In this document: piece after piece, positions 24,511 to 38,001 of the stretch
How positions within the stretch are numbered: the stretch's first letter is position 1
Layout of the letters: each line of letters opens with the position of its first letter
From: Octopus bimaculoides
Lineage: Eukaryota
DNA: 64,000 nucleotides
Direction: 5' to 3'
NCBI RefSeq assembly: GCF_001194135.2
Contig: NC_068982.1
Location: 35,538,744-35,602,743 of the forward strand
Translations under genes and position numbers: made by a program
The notes under the pieces: model-generated
The model's input: the letters and a program-made list of their open reading frames with translations, nothing else
Databases searched by the model: none
What the model was told of the DNA's origin: nothing

Positions 24511-25637
24511 ACAAACACATAAAACTAATATATGAGCTACATCATCATCATCACTAAACGTCCATTTTCTATGCTGTCATGGGTTGGATGGTTTGACAGG
24601 AGTTGGCCTGTTTTGGCAAGGTTTCTATGCCTGGATACCCTTCCTAAAGCCAACCATTTTACAGAGTGTACTGGGTACTTTTACACAGCACTAGCATGGG
24701 TGTTTTTTACATGGCACCTGCACCCATGAGCCTGCAAGATCTGGATCGCTTAGCTGAGGAGGGATGTAGGGGACATGCCTGTTTGCAAGGATAACCTCGA
24801 TTTTATTTTCTAAATTACTAAATTACTTGTACGCAAAGAATTACTAAATTCCTACCTCTGCAAAAATAACAAAAAAAAAAACAAAAAAACAATGATCTTC
24901 TTAAAGAGACAACATTAAACTACAACAAACAAGTTTATTTACTTACTCACATGAATGGATTTGAAAGAATTTGCCAGAGTAAAATAAGTCACATCAAACA
25001 GTACACAAAATAAAACAATCTCGTGTCGTTTTGTTCTAAAATTGGAAATCTCCCAAAAGCTATGGTTGGTTTAAAAATAGAAGGCTTTCTCAAGAGTACC
25101 GAAGAGACGAAGTGAAGATATTTATATACTGTATACTTAAAGCTAAACAAATTACTGTGGTCATTGAAAACAAGTAATAGTTAGAGTTCCAAAGTTAATC
25201 AGTATGTTCTTTAGTACTATTAATTAGTGTATTTATTTTATGTAAACTACTACAGTTCAGTGTGTGATTCCCTCATGTACAATACTGTAATATATGAGTT
25301 TCATAGTTTATGTTATTTCAGTATAAATTTGATAGAGTAGTGGATTCAGGGCTTAGTAACTTTGGTTATATTCTTTATCTTGTTTAGGTTTGTAGTAAAA
25401 CATCATTGGTCCCAGGTAGGATAAGCTTTTACACTAAAAAGTCAATATTTTTTATTAAAACCAGGTGCCAGTATGGCTGCGTGGTTAAAAAGTTCGCTTT
25501 TCAACTACATCATTTCAGGTTCAACCCCACTGCACAGTATCCTGGGCAAGTGTCTTCTGCTACTGCCCTATGCCAATCGATACTTTGTGACTGAATTAGG
25601 TAGAAAGAGACTATGTGAAAGCTTGTTGTATATATAA

Positions 25638-25669
<32 letters not shown>

Positions 25670-26427
25670 ATATGTGTATATCTTTGTTCCCCACCACCAC
25701 TTGACAGCCTGTGTTGACTTTATTGCATCTCCACAGCTTAGCAATTCAGCCAAAGAGACTGGTAGAATAATCACCAGACTTACAAAATAAGCACTGGAGT
25801 CAATTTGACTAAAATTCTTCGAAGTGGTACCCCAGCATGACCACAGTAAAACCAGTGAAAGATGAAATAAATCAAAGTAAATGAAGCCTCTTTTTCCTTA
25901 GACAGAAACATTTTAGGTAAAGAAACCATGGCCAGCCAAAACCAAAAAATATGTTAAAGTGCCAAAACCAGTGAAAAGTTAATTTAGCAATCTGGTTTCA
26001 ACCCCTACATGTTACTAATGCAACATGGTAAATGCATAAACTTGATACAGTTTCATTTCTTATTAAGTTGAATCTTGTGGGAAATCCCAATGTTAAGTTA
26101 TTCAAAAGCCACATAGCAGTCATTGGTACAATAGCTGAAAGAACAGAGTTTTCCATAAGTAGCTCTAAAATAACTCTGATATTATTTATAGTGCTTGGAT
26201 AAGTTCCATAAAGTTAGTCCTTCATTTTTGGTTTTGGCAAAGAATATTGATGATCTGGCATCTCAATGCTGACGTCTGCCAAAATTATATTACTAGTTTC
26301 ACAATGGTCTACTATGAAACCTTTTGACTGTTAATTTATACACACATACATATATATATAATATACACACACACACATATATATATATATACACACACAT
26401 ACATATATATATGTTTATATATGTGTG

Positions 26428-26479
<52 letters not shown>

Positions 26480-26486
<7 letters not shown>

Positions 26487-26666
26487 TAAAACAGTTTCAT
26501 TTGGTTCCATGCAACTTAAAGTTTTGCAGGCTTCTAACAGAAGGCCATCTCTTTCAGGCTTCAGATTACCAATTTGGTAATCAAAAGCCTGAAAGAGACT
26601 ATCTTCTGTTAGAGGCCTGCAAAACTTTAAGCCACCTGGAACTGAACCAAACTGTTTTAAATAATA
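26480..26666. repeat. Palindrome / fold-back MITE (93-bp arms, 1-nt loop, TA at both ends)
   Basis: Centre GATTACCAA-T-TTGGTAATC; arms about 85% identical. Explains the look-alike ORFs on both strands (26324+ and 26415-). Confidence 0.95.
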
Positions 26667-29600
26667 CATGTAACTCCTACTAATTGTGTTCAGTGGCCTT
26701 TTCTCTCGTTTGTCCACTCATTTTATATATATAATGTGAGTTTGTGTTCATTTGTTTAGTGTCCATATTTACATACCTGCAAGGGTTTCAATAGAAACTT
26801 ACCTGTCATAGGATTCTATGGCTGTGGAGTACATCATGACACATCTAAGTTTAGGGTGTACCCTTACAGATTCTCATTGCTATTTTCCTTCTCTTCAAAC
26901 TGGGGTAACCACATATCTTCTCTACAATAAGACACCTGTTACTGTCCCCCTCTTATACTTTAACTTCTCATCACCTCCCTCAATACTGCTATCACTTCCC
27001 TCAATACTGCTCTCCCCTCCCTCAGTTGAGCTGAGAGGGATCTCGTTTTGTGTGTGTGTTTCTTCGTAACCTCACTAGTACCAGAACCACATAAAACACA
27101 CCCAGTACACTCTGCAAAGTGGTTGGTGTTATAAAGGGCATCCAACCATAGAAATCATATCAAAGCAGACAGTGGAGCTTAATGCAGTCTTGTGGCTTGC
27201 CAACTCCTGTCGAACCATCCAACTCATACTTGCTTGGAAAATGGACATGGTTGATGATGATGATGATGATGATGTTTTTTATTGTCACCAACACTTACTT
27301 AATTTTCAAGTAAGGGATTTTTTATTCCACCATTTTGTAAAACTGTTATAACATCAACAAAGAATCTAAACATCACTGTCTCTCTCAAATGAAGCTATGG
27401 GGTTTCAACATTCAGGTGCATATGCTTTCATGTAGGCTTCCTACAGTTTCCGCCTACCAAATTCATACACAAGAGAGTGACTCTGAAGTTGTGGCAGATA
27501 TTTGTCCAAAGTGTTGCATAATGGGACTAAACCTGAAACCATCTGATTGTAAAACAAATTTCTTAACCACACGACCATACTTGCATCTCCAATTATGTGT
27601 GTGTATGTTTGTGTTTTGCATCAATTTTCTCATAGCTTCATAGGTGAAATGCTTTAAGTATTCCAAGCAGTTGAACATGATTTGTTCATAATCTTTATTG
27701 TGAAATAAAAACTGTAGCACTTATTTAAAGCTGAAAACTTATTTAAAAACTTATTTAAAACTGAAACCTGCCTCCACACACACACACACACACACATGCA
27801 TTTACCACTCACACACCTTGCATACATCACACAGACACACACACATACCATGCACACACGCATCACATGCACATACACTCATCACTCGCACACATCACAT
27901 GTCTCTCACACAGATGTACATCCCATTAACCACTTGCTGTACTTATGACCCATGTGTTGGTAATCAATCTTACATATTATTTACTCAATCACTGAGGTTC
28001 TGTAACAGCATTGTCATCACTAGTGATGTTGACTGTATGTTTGATTTTTATCACTCTCGGTACAAGTCCTCAGATTGCACTATCTCCAGATTGACACCAA
28101 AACACTCTGAATTGTTCATATTGGAGCTTCTGGTGCAAATGCCAAGAAGTACAGCATGTCATTTCCAAATTTCTGACAGTGAATTGCATCATGGTGCTGT
28201 TTTTCTCACAGATGGTGCCCAACTGACCCTACTATACCATGTAGTTGACAAAATCAAAAACAAACAATGCACTTGCACAAAATCGAAAATATAAAATACC
28301 AATGATTTACCCATTGCACCCTGTGTGTGTATATATATATATCATCATCATCATCATTTAACATCTATTTACTATGCTGGAATGGGTTCGGTGGTTTGAC
28401 AGGGGCTGGCAAGCCAGAGAGTTTCACCAAGCTCCGTTGTCTGTTTTGGGCATGGTTTCTATAACTGGATGCTCTTTCTAATGCCAACAATTTTACAGTG
28501 TTTTGGGTGCTTTTTATGTGGCACCAACACAGGTGTTTTTTTTATATGGTCCTAGCACAAGTGCTTTTTAAGTGGCACCAGCATCAGCAGAGTTGCAAAG
28601 TATCTTGCAAGACAAATACCTTTCAGCTGGGAGTGGGAATGGAAGCTAGGAAAGTGGCTGTGAGCTAGAGGAAAGGTCAAAGTATAAGAGAGGGACAGAG
28701 ATAGTTGTCTTACTACAGAGGAAATACTTGGCTACCCCAGTTAGAACAGGGAACGAGAGGGAGAGGAGAGAAAGATAGAGTGAAAGGGAGAGCAATAAAT
28801 GGTGTTAGAGCTGTATTGAGTCCTATCTACAGGGAACAGTGGGTGGGGTGGAGTATAAGTAGTACAGAGGAGAGAGAGGGGAGTAGTACAGAGTGTGAGG
28901 GGTGATGTTTAGACATGGAGAAGATATGACTGTAGCAAGTAATGGTAAGAGAAAATAGACTGGCTGGGAGTGGTGGGGTATGATAGATATGTTAGAGCAT
29001 GGAGAGTGTATGGATAGGCACACAGGGGAGAGTATATGTGTGTGTGTGTATGTATAATCTTTTATCTTTCACTTGATTTAGTCATTGGACTGTGGCCATG
29101 CTGGGGTACCACCTTGAAGAACTCAATTGAATAGATCAACTCTAGCACTTATTTTTAAAGTTTGGTACTTATTTTGTCAGTATTCTTTTTGTTGAACAGC
29201 TAAGTTACAGGGATGTAAACAAACCAGCATCAGTTGTTGATCTATGATGGGAGAAAATACAAACACACACACACACACACACACACATGTGACAGGCTTC
29301 TTTTAGTTTCCATTNNNNNNNNNNNNNNNNNNNNNNNNNNNNNNNNNNNNNNNNNNNNNNNNNNNNNNNNNNNNNNNNNNNNNNNNNNNNNNNNNNNNNN
29401 NNNNNNNNNNNNNNNNNNNNNNNNNNNNNNNNNNNNNNNNNNNNNNNNNNNNNNNNNNNNNNNNNNNNNNNNNNNAGTTGTTGATCTATGATGGGAGAAA
29501 ATACAAACACACACACACACACACACACACATGTGACAGGCTTCTTTTAGTTTCCATTTCTATTTACCTATTTCACTCGCACAGCTTTGTTCAACATGAA

Positions 29601-30626
29601 AAATTGGTTAAAAGAATATTTCCTTAAGATGCTACACAGTAAGTTTGAACCCAACATCTCTAGTTGTGAAGCGAACTTCTTTATCACTACACCATAAATG
29701 TAATGATGTAGAGGTAAAATTGCAGTCAGTCATGTGACAGATCTAATTTTTAGTTGCAAAGATAACGCCACACACATTATACCAAATAATTTAGACAACA
29801 GCATGAATGTGCAGAATCTTACATATCTTTATTTGATAAATATTAAGCTTTATGTCTTCATAGGAGATCAGAATTCACTTTGATAATTTTCTTTTCATGT
29901 TTATTGTTGAAAGGAATCCAGCTTTCAGTTACCCATTCTTATATATTATTACTTCCTCTTGTAAATTGTATTCAAATGGAATATAGTTCTTGTTTGTGTA
30001 TTTTAGCTTATTATATCAAACTTCAGTACTAACATTAGTCATGTTGCCAATATCCAATATCTGCACTATTCAACTTTTGTTGCAAATGGTTTGCAGACTT
30101 ACATCTGCAAATAGAAAAATACAAATAGTCCACAAGGATTTAAGTGAAGCATGTTCCGTCATTTTTGGCAAATTTTCTCAATTCATCATCCTTTCTTTTA
30201 TAAAAGCAGTTAGTTTCTAATTGCTCAGTGAATGTTAGAAACTAAAGCTGTATGTATTTTGTATTTTGTGGAACAAAGGCTTTTAAAACTTGGTTTCTCT
30301 CCAATTATTTAGGAAAGTGATTTTGTGAAGTGAATTGTATTCTTCTTGGCATTCATATTGGAGAGATAATATATTCCATCAAGTTACATCCTTTTATTCA
30401 TCAGTCCATGGATTAAAGAACATAACCTCATAACCTTTTCAGGAACTCTTAACCTAAGAAATAAATATCACTGGATCAGGTTACTGTTCAGTTTACATTA
30501 TTGCTGGTTAACCTTTTGATACCAACCCGCCTTAGATGGCCTCTGCTTCTATGAGACAAAATAAAGACTGACCGTTTTAAAGACTTCATACTTATAGTAA
30601 CACATTCCATTATTATTTCATGTGAG

Positions 30627-30866
30627 GATAAGTGTAAAAAGCAGGCATGGCTGTGTCATTAAAAAGTTTGCTTTGCAACCACATGGTTTCAAGTCCAGTC
30701 CCACTGTGTGGCACCTTGGGCAAGTGTCTTCTCCTATAGCCCTTGGTAAATCAATGCCTTGTGAGTGAATATGATAGATGGAAGCTCATTGTGTATGTGT
30801 ATGCATGCATACATATATATACTGATGGATGAGTTGTGTATATATGTGAAGGTGCATGGCCTAGTG
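30627..30866 (+). repeat. 240-bp segment duplicated at 34592-34831
   Basis: One mismatch seen in 240 bp, spanning flank, a degenerate SINE, microsatellite and the start of another SINE. Confidence 0.92.
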
Positions 30867-31717
30867 GCTAGGCTGTTGCCCTCATGATTGCTACATCTTG
30901 GGTTTGCTTCCCTGATTGAGTGGTGTGTTGCATACTTGAGCAAAACACTTCATTTCACATTACTCCAGTCTCCTTTTCATGGGTGGCAGGGATGTTGGCC
31001 TGCTCACCCAGCCAGCAGGGTGGCATCATTTGAAGGCTAAAACAATGCAAAAGCACATTGTGACCAGCGATGTGTAACAACATCTGATAGCCTGGTCAGT
31101 CACGTGATCATGTGATATACATATGTATGTGTGTGTGTCTTTAGGCCTTTGTTTTTACCCCACCCACTTCTTAACAACCAGTGTTAGTTTGCTTGTGTCC
31201 CAGTAACTTAGCAGTTCAACAATAGCAGCCAATACAATAAGTACCAGACTTTAAACACATTGACCCCCCCCCCCAGTACTTATGTACTGAGGTCAATTTG
31301 TTTAACTACAACCCTTCAGGCTGGTGCTCCAGCATGGCCACAATTCAATGACTGAAACCAGTAAAAATAATAGAAATATATATCAAATTAACAGAAACAT
31401 ATAAATTATGTATTTCATTAGAAATAGGGTCATGAAAGGATTAAAGTTTATTGCTCTTTTACCTGCTTGTCATTGGATTCCGACCATGATGGAGCACCGC
31501 CTTGATATCAGTACGTTACTTTATAAAGTCTAATAATTACTTTATCAATCTCTTTTTTTGGACCACTCAGTTAAGAGATATTAACATGGAGTGTCATACA
31601 TTGTAACAGACCTGAAGCAAATACACAATACAAATATATACATATGTGTATGTATGTATGTATGTATATACACTATACACACACATACATACACATATAT
31701 ACATATCTATGTATGTA

Positions 31718-32547
31718 CAAGGTGGTATCAAAATGTTCCAAGACTAGTTCTGTAGCATACCAACAGATGGCAGCATACGGTTGTGTGTGTAATGAGAGCT
31801 AGCAGTGACCTTCATGAGGCAGTGTGATGAGTGACATCGCTGTGTTTACTCCACAAGTTGTGAAATTTGTGTTTTTGTGATCACCTGTATGCTGTAGTCT
31901 GTGATTTTGTCATGGACATGATCAAAGAACCAATGTGAAATTCTTATGTTAAACTTGGGAAGTCTGTTGAGCATGCTTCAGCAAGCTTACGGCGATGAGG
32001 CAATGGGTCATACACAATGTTTCAAGTGGCACGGATGCTTCAAAAGTGAAAGGTCATCCCTGGAAGACGATAAGTGATCTGGAAGACTTGCCAGACAATC
32101 AATTAAGAATCTCTACTGTGACATTTTCAAGTGTATGAGGGAGGACATTCAGTGAAAGTGACCAAATCTGTGGAGTGCGAAGAATTGAAGTTTTCACCAA
32201 GCTTTCCTCACTCATGAGCCTCTTGCCAAAAACAACATGGTATTGCTTCCACACCTATCCTATTCACCAGATTTAGCACCTTCAGACTTTCGTCTCTTCC
32301 CCAAGATGAAAATGCAGCTCAAAGGTCATTGTTTTAACACTGTTGTCAAGACCTAGAATGAATTGCAGGCCTTCAACTCACTTATGGAAAACGACTTTCA
32401 GGCCAGATACCAAAAGTGAAAGGAACGTTGGAACCAGTGTAGTGATGTACAAGGTGACTATTTCAAAGGAGATGATGTTAAAACTTAGGTAAATAGGTAA
32501 TTTTTCAGTAAACACAACTAGTCCTGGGACTTTTTGATACCACCACG
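31718..32547 (+). mobile_element. Internally deleted mariner element (830 bp) with intact TIRs and TA TSD
   Basis: TIRs CAAGGTGGTATCAAAATGTTCCAAGACTAGTT and reverse complement of AACTAGTCCTGGGACTTTTTGATACCACCACG; TA on both sides. C-terminal H.SYSPDLAPSDFRLFPKMKMQLKGHCF and N-terminal HTH remnants are present; the central catalytic region is absent. Confidence 0.9.
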
Positions 32548-33800
32548 TATATGTATAAATGGAAACCAAATGTTTTGGGCTGTGTACAGAATAGTATATT
32601 GCGTAATAATAATTAGGTTAGCAAGAAGAAATGAATGAATTGTTCTTTAGGTTGTTATATACTGGTACAGAAAGTTTAAAAATTTTCCAAGGAAATGAAA
32701 TTAAAGAATGTAAAATAGAATAAAGCAAAATATTTATATTATTACATTTGAGAATTTTTCTTCTAACACTTGAAAATGCTTGTGCACCTGTACAGCAGCA
32801 CACACATATTCATATATATATATATATATCATTATCATCGTCATCATTCATCATCATTATCATTTATTGTCCGCCTTCCATGCTGGCACGGATGGGACAG
32901 TTTGACAGGAGACAGCCAGGCAGAAGCCTGCACCAGACTTCTGACTGTTTTGGAAGGATTTTTACAGTTGGATGTCCTTCCTAACACCAACCACTCAGGA
33001 GAGTGGACTTATTGCTTTTTACGTGGCACAAGCACAGGTGAGGTCAGTTTTGGCAAGGTTTTTACTGCTGGATGCCCTTGCAAATACCAGCCACTTTACT
33101 GTATAGACTGGATGCTTTTTAAGTGGCCCCTGCACTGACAGGATTACCAAGTACCTTGCAAGCCCCNNNNNNNNNNNNNNNNNNNNNNNNNNNNNNNNNN
33201 NNNNNNNNNNNNNNNNNNNNNNNNNNNNNNNNNNNNNNNNNNNNNNNNNNNNNNNNNNNNNNNNNNNNNNNNNNNNNNNNNNNNNNNNNNNNNNNNNNNN
33301 NNNNNNNNNNNNNNNNNNNNNNNNNNNNNNNNNNNNNNNNNNNNNNNNNNNNNNNNNNNNNNNNNNNNNNNNNNNNNNNNNNNNNNNNNNNNNNNNNNNN
33401 NNNNNNNNNNNNNNNNNNNNNNNNNNNNNNNNNNNNNNNNNNNNNNNNNNNNNNNNNNNNNNNNNNNNNNNNNNNNNNNNNNNNNNNNNNNNNNNNNNNN
33501 NNNNNNNNNNNNNNNNNNNNNNNNNNNNNNNNNNNNNNNNNNNNNNNNNNNNNNNNNNNNNNNNNNNNNNNNNNNNNNNNNNNNNNNNNNNNNNNNNNNN
33601 NNNNNNNNNNNNNNNNNNNNNNNNNNNNNNNNNNNNNNNNNNNNNNNNNNNNNNNNNNNNNNNNNNNNNNNNNNNNNNNNNNNNNNNNNNNNNNNNNNNN
33701 NNNNNNNNNNNNNNNNNNNNNNNNNNNNNNNNNNNNNNNNNNNNNNNNNNNNNNNNNNNNNNNNNNNNNNATATATATACACACACACACATATATATGT

Positions 33801-34152
33801 GAAAGTGCATAGCTCAGTGGTTAGAGTATCGAGCTTACAATCATGAGGTTGCGAGTTTGATTCCCGGACTGGGCTGCATGTTGTGTTCTTGAGCAAGACA
33901 CTTTATTTCACGTCGCCCCAGTTCACTCAGCTGTAGAAATGAGTTGTGACATCACTGGTGCCAAGCTGTATCAGCCTTTGCCTCTTCCTTGGATAACATT
34001 GGTGGCATAGAGAGGGGAGGCTGGTAAGCATGGGTGGCTGCTGGTCTTCCATAACAACCCTAGGTTGTGTGTTCACCAGTGTGTCGACTTTCTGCCCAGA
34101 CTTATACCCCAGAGAGGAACCTCTTAGGTGCACCCACGGTGACCGACAGAGT
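33801..34152 (+). mobile_element. tRNA-head SINE, third family
   Basis: GAAAGTGCATAGCTCAGTGGTTAGAG...GTTGTGTTCTTGAGCAAGACACTTTATTTCAC. Related copies at about 60345-60672(+), 30850-31100(+), 57838-58160(+), 11320-11500(-), 20470-20950(-) and 63540-63660(-). Confidence 0.8.
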
Positions 34153-34157
34153 CAAGT

Positions 34158-34188
<31 letters not shown>

Positions 34189-34837
34189 GCATGCATACAC
34201 ACACACACATGTACACACTCCCCACAAACACACATTCACATTCATCTATTTATATTGTTATACTTGCAGATGGCTATGTTTTGCCAATTAAACGCACACA
34301 CTATTTATTTGATCTTTACTTTAGTTTCATAAATATTATTATTTCTTCTTTTTTTTTTAGTTTATTTGTCCATCAAAGTTCCTTTATCACACATTCATTT
34401 GTTGTTAAAAGTTAAAACCACCTTATTACAGTTGGCAAAACTGTAACATAGTAGTATATTTGTATTATCAGAAAAACTATGCAGCTGTATTACAAATACA
34501 TTGCTTTAATATAAGTTATTTTAATATGCAGTGTCATAACAATAGTCATAAAATCTCATTGGCTCTGATAGCTTTTTATAATGTCTATCAAGATAAGTGT
34601 AAAAAGCAGGCATGGCTGTGTCATTAAAAAGTTTGCTTTGCAACCACATGGTTTCAAGTCCAGTCCCACTGTGTGGCACCTTGGGCAAGTGTCTTCTCCT
34701 ATAGCCCTTGGTAAATCAATGCCTTGTGAGTGAATATGATAGATGGAAGCTCATTGTGTACGTGTATGCATGCATACATATATATACTGATGGATGAGTT
34801 GTGTATATATGTGAAGGTGCATGGCCTAGTGTATTTG

Positions 34838-35101
34838 CTTCTCAACTGGGTTCCATATGACCTCTGGGAGGTCCATATAAGATTTTTCAGGGTCCATGAA
34901 AAGTTTTGATTTAAATGTGTGTATTGCAGGAAACAGCTAGATTTCTTTCTCTAACATTTTACATGAGTGAATGACTGAATAACAAAATAGGAATTTCGAG
35001 AGAAGTAACTATGAAATTAGTTTTTAAGCATTGAATGGTTATGGGAGTTCCAGAATAAAATAGTAGGGATTCATAGACAAAAAAATGGTTGAGAACCATT
35101 A
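34838..35101. mobile_element. hAT (Charlie-type) MITE, left end damaged
   Basis: Right TIR TGGTTGAGAACCATTA; body aligns with 35110-35745. Confidence 0.7.
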
Positions 35102-35109
35102 CTCTTGAC

Positions 35110-35745
35110 CAGTGGTTCACAACAACCAGGATCCATATAAGATTTTTGGGGGTCCACGCAACAAAATAGTTAATCGGAGACCCACAATAGTATTTTAAGG
35201 GCCCCTGAAAATATTTTGCTTTAAATGTATGTATTGCAAGAAACAGCTAGGTTTCTTTCCCCAACATTTTATATAGTTCAACCTATACAAGTGAATGTGG
35301 AGGCACAATGGCCCAGTGGTTAGGGCAGTGGACTCGCGGCTGGAGGATCGCAGTTTCAATTCCCAGACCGGGCGTTGTGTGTGTTTATTGAGCGAAAACA
35401 CCTAAAGCTTCACAAGGAGGTGGTGGCGACCCCTGTTGTACTCTTTCACCCCAACTTTCTCTCACTCTTTCTTCCTGTTTCTTGAGTAACACTGCGATGG
35501 ACTGGCATCCCGTCCAGCTGGGGGGAGCACATACGCCATAGAAACTGGGCCCATGAGCCTGGCTAGGCTTTAAAAGGGTGCATAAATAAATAAATATACA
35601 AGTGAATGAGTGAATAACAGGAAGTTTGAAAGAAGTATCTATAAAACTAGTTTTTAAACATTGAATGGCTATAGAGATCCACCAGAAGAAAATATAAAAT
35701 AGTAATCAAAGGGGTACACAGGTGAAAAATGACTGAGAACCACTG
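35110..35745. mobile_element. hAT (Charlie-type) MITE carrying a SINE insertion
   Basis: TIRs CAGTGGTTCACAAC and ACTGAGAACCACTG; flanked by NTCTAGAN-like 8-mers CTCTTGAC and ATCTAGAT. A related end fragment lies at about 18799-18870. Confidence 0.78.
35298..35594 (+). mobile_element. tRNA-derived SINE (same head as 11987, different tail) nested in a hAT MITE
   Basis: Perfect 14-bp TSD TATACAAGTGAATG at 35284-35297 and 35595-35608; (ATAA)n tail. Confidence 0.9.
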
Positions 35746-36623
35746 ATCTAGATATTGATTTTAAGAATAAAAAAAATTTTTAATGGAAAGAGCTTGTGAG
35801 GTTGGTGGTGTGGGGAATAGGCATGAGTCGAATGTTGAGAACAGCAAAAGATTTGTCATTTGTGCTACCATTGTGAGTGGACTAAGAAAATTAGGAAGTA
35901 TAGCGTAACACTGATTTCCAAAAGAAACAAATTGAAGTACATATCAAATGATAGTAGGTCAAAATAAGTTTTAAACTTATTACTTTTTCTCACAGTATAA
36001 TAGCCGTTATAATGATCTGAAATTATTTCCCATTAACCAATAACACATAATGTGACCTTACAATAAATACATTTGTTCAATGTTTCTCTCAAGGAAATTT
36101 AAGTATCTAATTAATGATAACATCGTATATAATCCTTTCTGCTGTAGGCACAAGGCCTGAAATTTTTGGGGAAGGGGATAGTCAATTACATTGACCCAGG
36201 TACTTATTTTATCAACCCCAAAAGGATGAAAGACAAAATTAGCCTTTGCAGAATTTGAACTCAGGACATAAAGACACATAAAATACTGTTAAGCATTTTG
36301 CCCAGTGTGCTAACAATTCTGCCAGCACACCAACTTTATCGTAGTATATAATACAAACCAACAAAGGAGGGGTTATGTTATTGCTTGACCTGCTAGAAAT
36401 AATAGCCAATTCTTGTTCAAAATGTAAATGATCTTTAAAAAGTGGTAGGCTACAGTTTTTAAAAAGAAGAATAAGGCAATCAATTGTCTCTGCTCTTGAA
36501 AAAAAAGGAAAGAACACATTGAATCTCAAATGCAGTTCCCCAATATCACAGCTGCCATTAAAACTCACAGGATTTAATCCACTTAGAGCCACTTAATTAA
36601 TCTCACTATTCACAGAGAAAGCA

Positions 36624-36697
36624 TAACATTATCTCTTTACCCTGTAACATTATCTCTTTACCCTGTAACATTATCTCTTTACCCTGTAACATTATCT
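36624..36697 (+). repeat. 21-bp tandem repeat, 3.5 copies
   Basis: (TAACATTATCTCTTTACCCTG)3 plus TAACATTATCT. Confidence 0.95.
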
Positions 36698-36770
36698 TGG
36701 CTGATGGAAGAAAGTATTTGAGTTGATAGAATTATTTTAACATGTATTATTTGCTTTATGTCTGTTACAG

Positions 36771-36921
36771 ATAGCCAGAGAGTGGTTGTTCTACCAGATG
36801 CAGTCAGTGCTAAGGCCCAGAGATTTCTCAGAGAGAACATTGACATTACATTTCTTGCTACATTAAAGCAAGAAATTGGAGATAGTGGAAGTATTTTATC
36901 CCTCTCGACAGGCATTAACAG
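36771..36921 (+). CDS. NELL: NELL1/2-like gene, internal TSPN-domain exon; 151 nt, phase 1 to phase 2
   Basis: Acceptor tgtctgttacAG, donor CAG|GTACAA. Encodes (D)SQRVVVLPDAVSAKAQRFLRENIDITFLATLKQEIGDSGSILSLSTGIN(R), matching NELL 'EFTILATVQQKPSTSGVILSI'. Not in the ORF track because it lacks a start codon. Confidence 0.9.
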
Positions 36922-38001
36922 GTACAATATTCCTTAGTTTTTGTTGTTGTTTTTTTTCTGTGGATTTAAAGCTATGATGGCATGGTGATGTGTTATCTGT
37001 GGACCCAGTGTGTGGCCTATTATTAATTATTTTTGTTTTTTATAGCCACTTATATTTAAGTAGCTAAATAATGTTAAGAGATACTTGATCCTCAAGACTC
37101 CTCATTTCTTCTATTAATCTCAGATTTCGTAAGTAATTATTATTTATTGGCAAATAGAAAGAAACTAATGTATGTTAATTTATGTGAACTCATGTGAGAT
37201 AAACTTTCCTTTTCCTCACAGCAAAGTAATATCTAAAAAGGCTTGTCAGTCTACCTCATAGTCCCAGCAGACAATGGAAAAGGTGTTACCCCAGAGGATG
37301 GCTGGAACAGCCACTCTGACTCATGGGACTCACATTTGTGGATAGCCATCTCTCTCCCAATAACAGTGAGCAAGGATATAGTGCAGGGGCTGAGAATGCT
37401 GGAATTTCCTCTACAATAGGCTCCACTGTAAACCTGTTAACTTATCTTGGAAATTTTGAATTTTACTCTTTTTCCATCATAAACATGTAGCGTAAGCATT
37501 CAAACATCATCAATATCCTTCCAAATCTTGTTGCATTTCACTTGGAATTTTTGATCCTCCAAGGTTGTCTTGATGAATAAGTCAACCCTTTTTTTGGCTA
37601 TGGTAGTCACTATATATGAATTTATTTTTCTTGACATTAATCTGAGAAGTTGAAGAACCCATATACATCAGTTTAGTCTCCATAGACTATAAGTTTATAG
37701 ATATTATGTTAAATGTGTTAGCACAATTAATGCTCAGTTAATTATTGTGTTATTATAGGATGATCATTGAAGGGGTAATGTAAATGCAAAAGATATCCCA
37801 GGAAAGGGTAATCTTGAAGAAGAGGGGTAGAATAGGGCCTGGGAGTTGACCTTTTAACCAGGAAGGAAAAGCTGTGATCATATCCCCTTACAAGGCCTCT
37901 GAGACTAGGGACAGAAAGGAGGTAGCTATCCTCAAGCCAAAGATGTGGCCTAAAGACTTGTAATAGCGTGGGCTTTGCTAAAGGCACCCAAGATATTAGA
38001 T

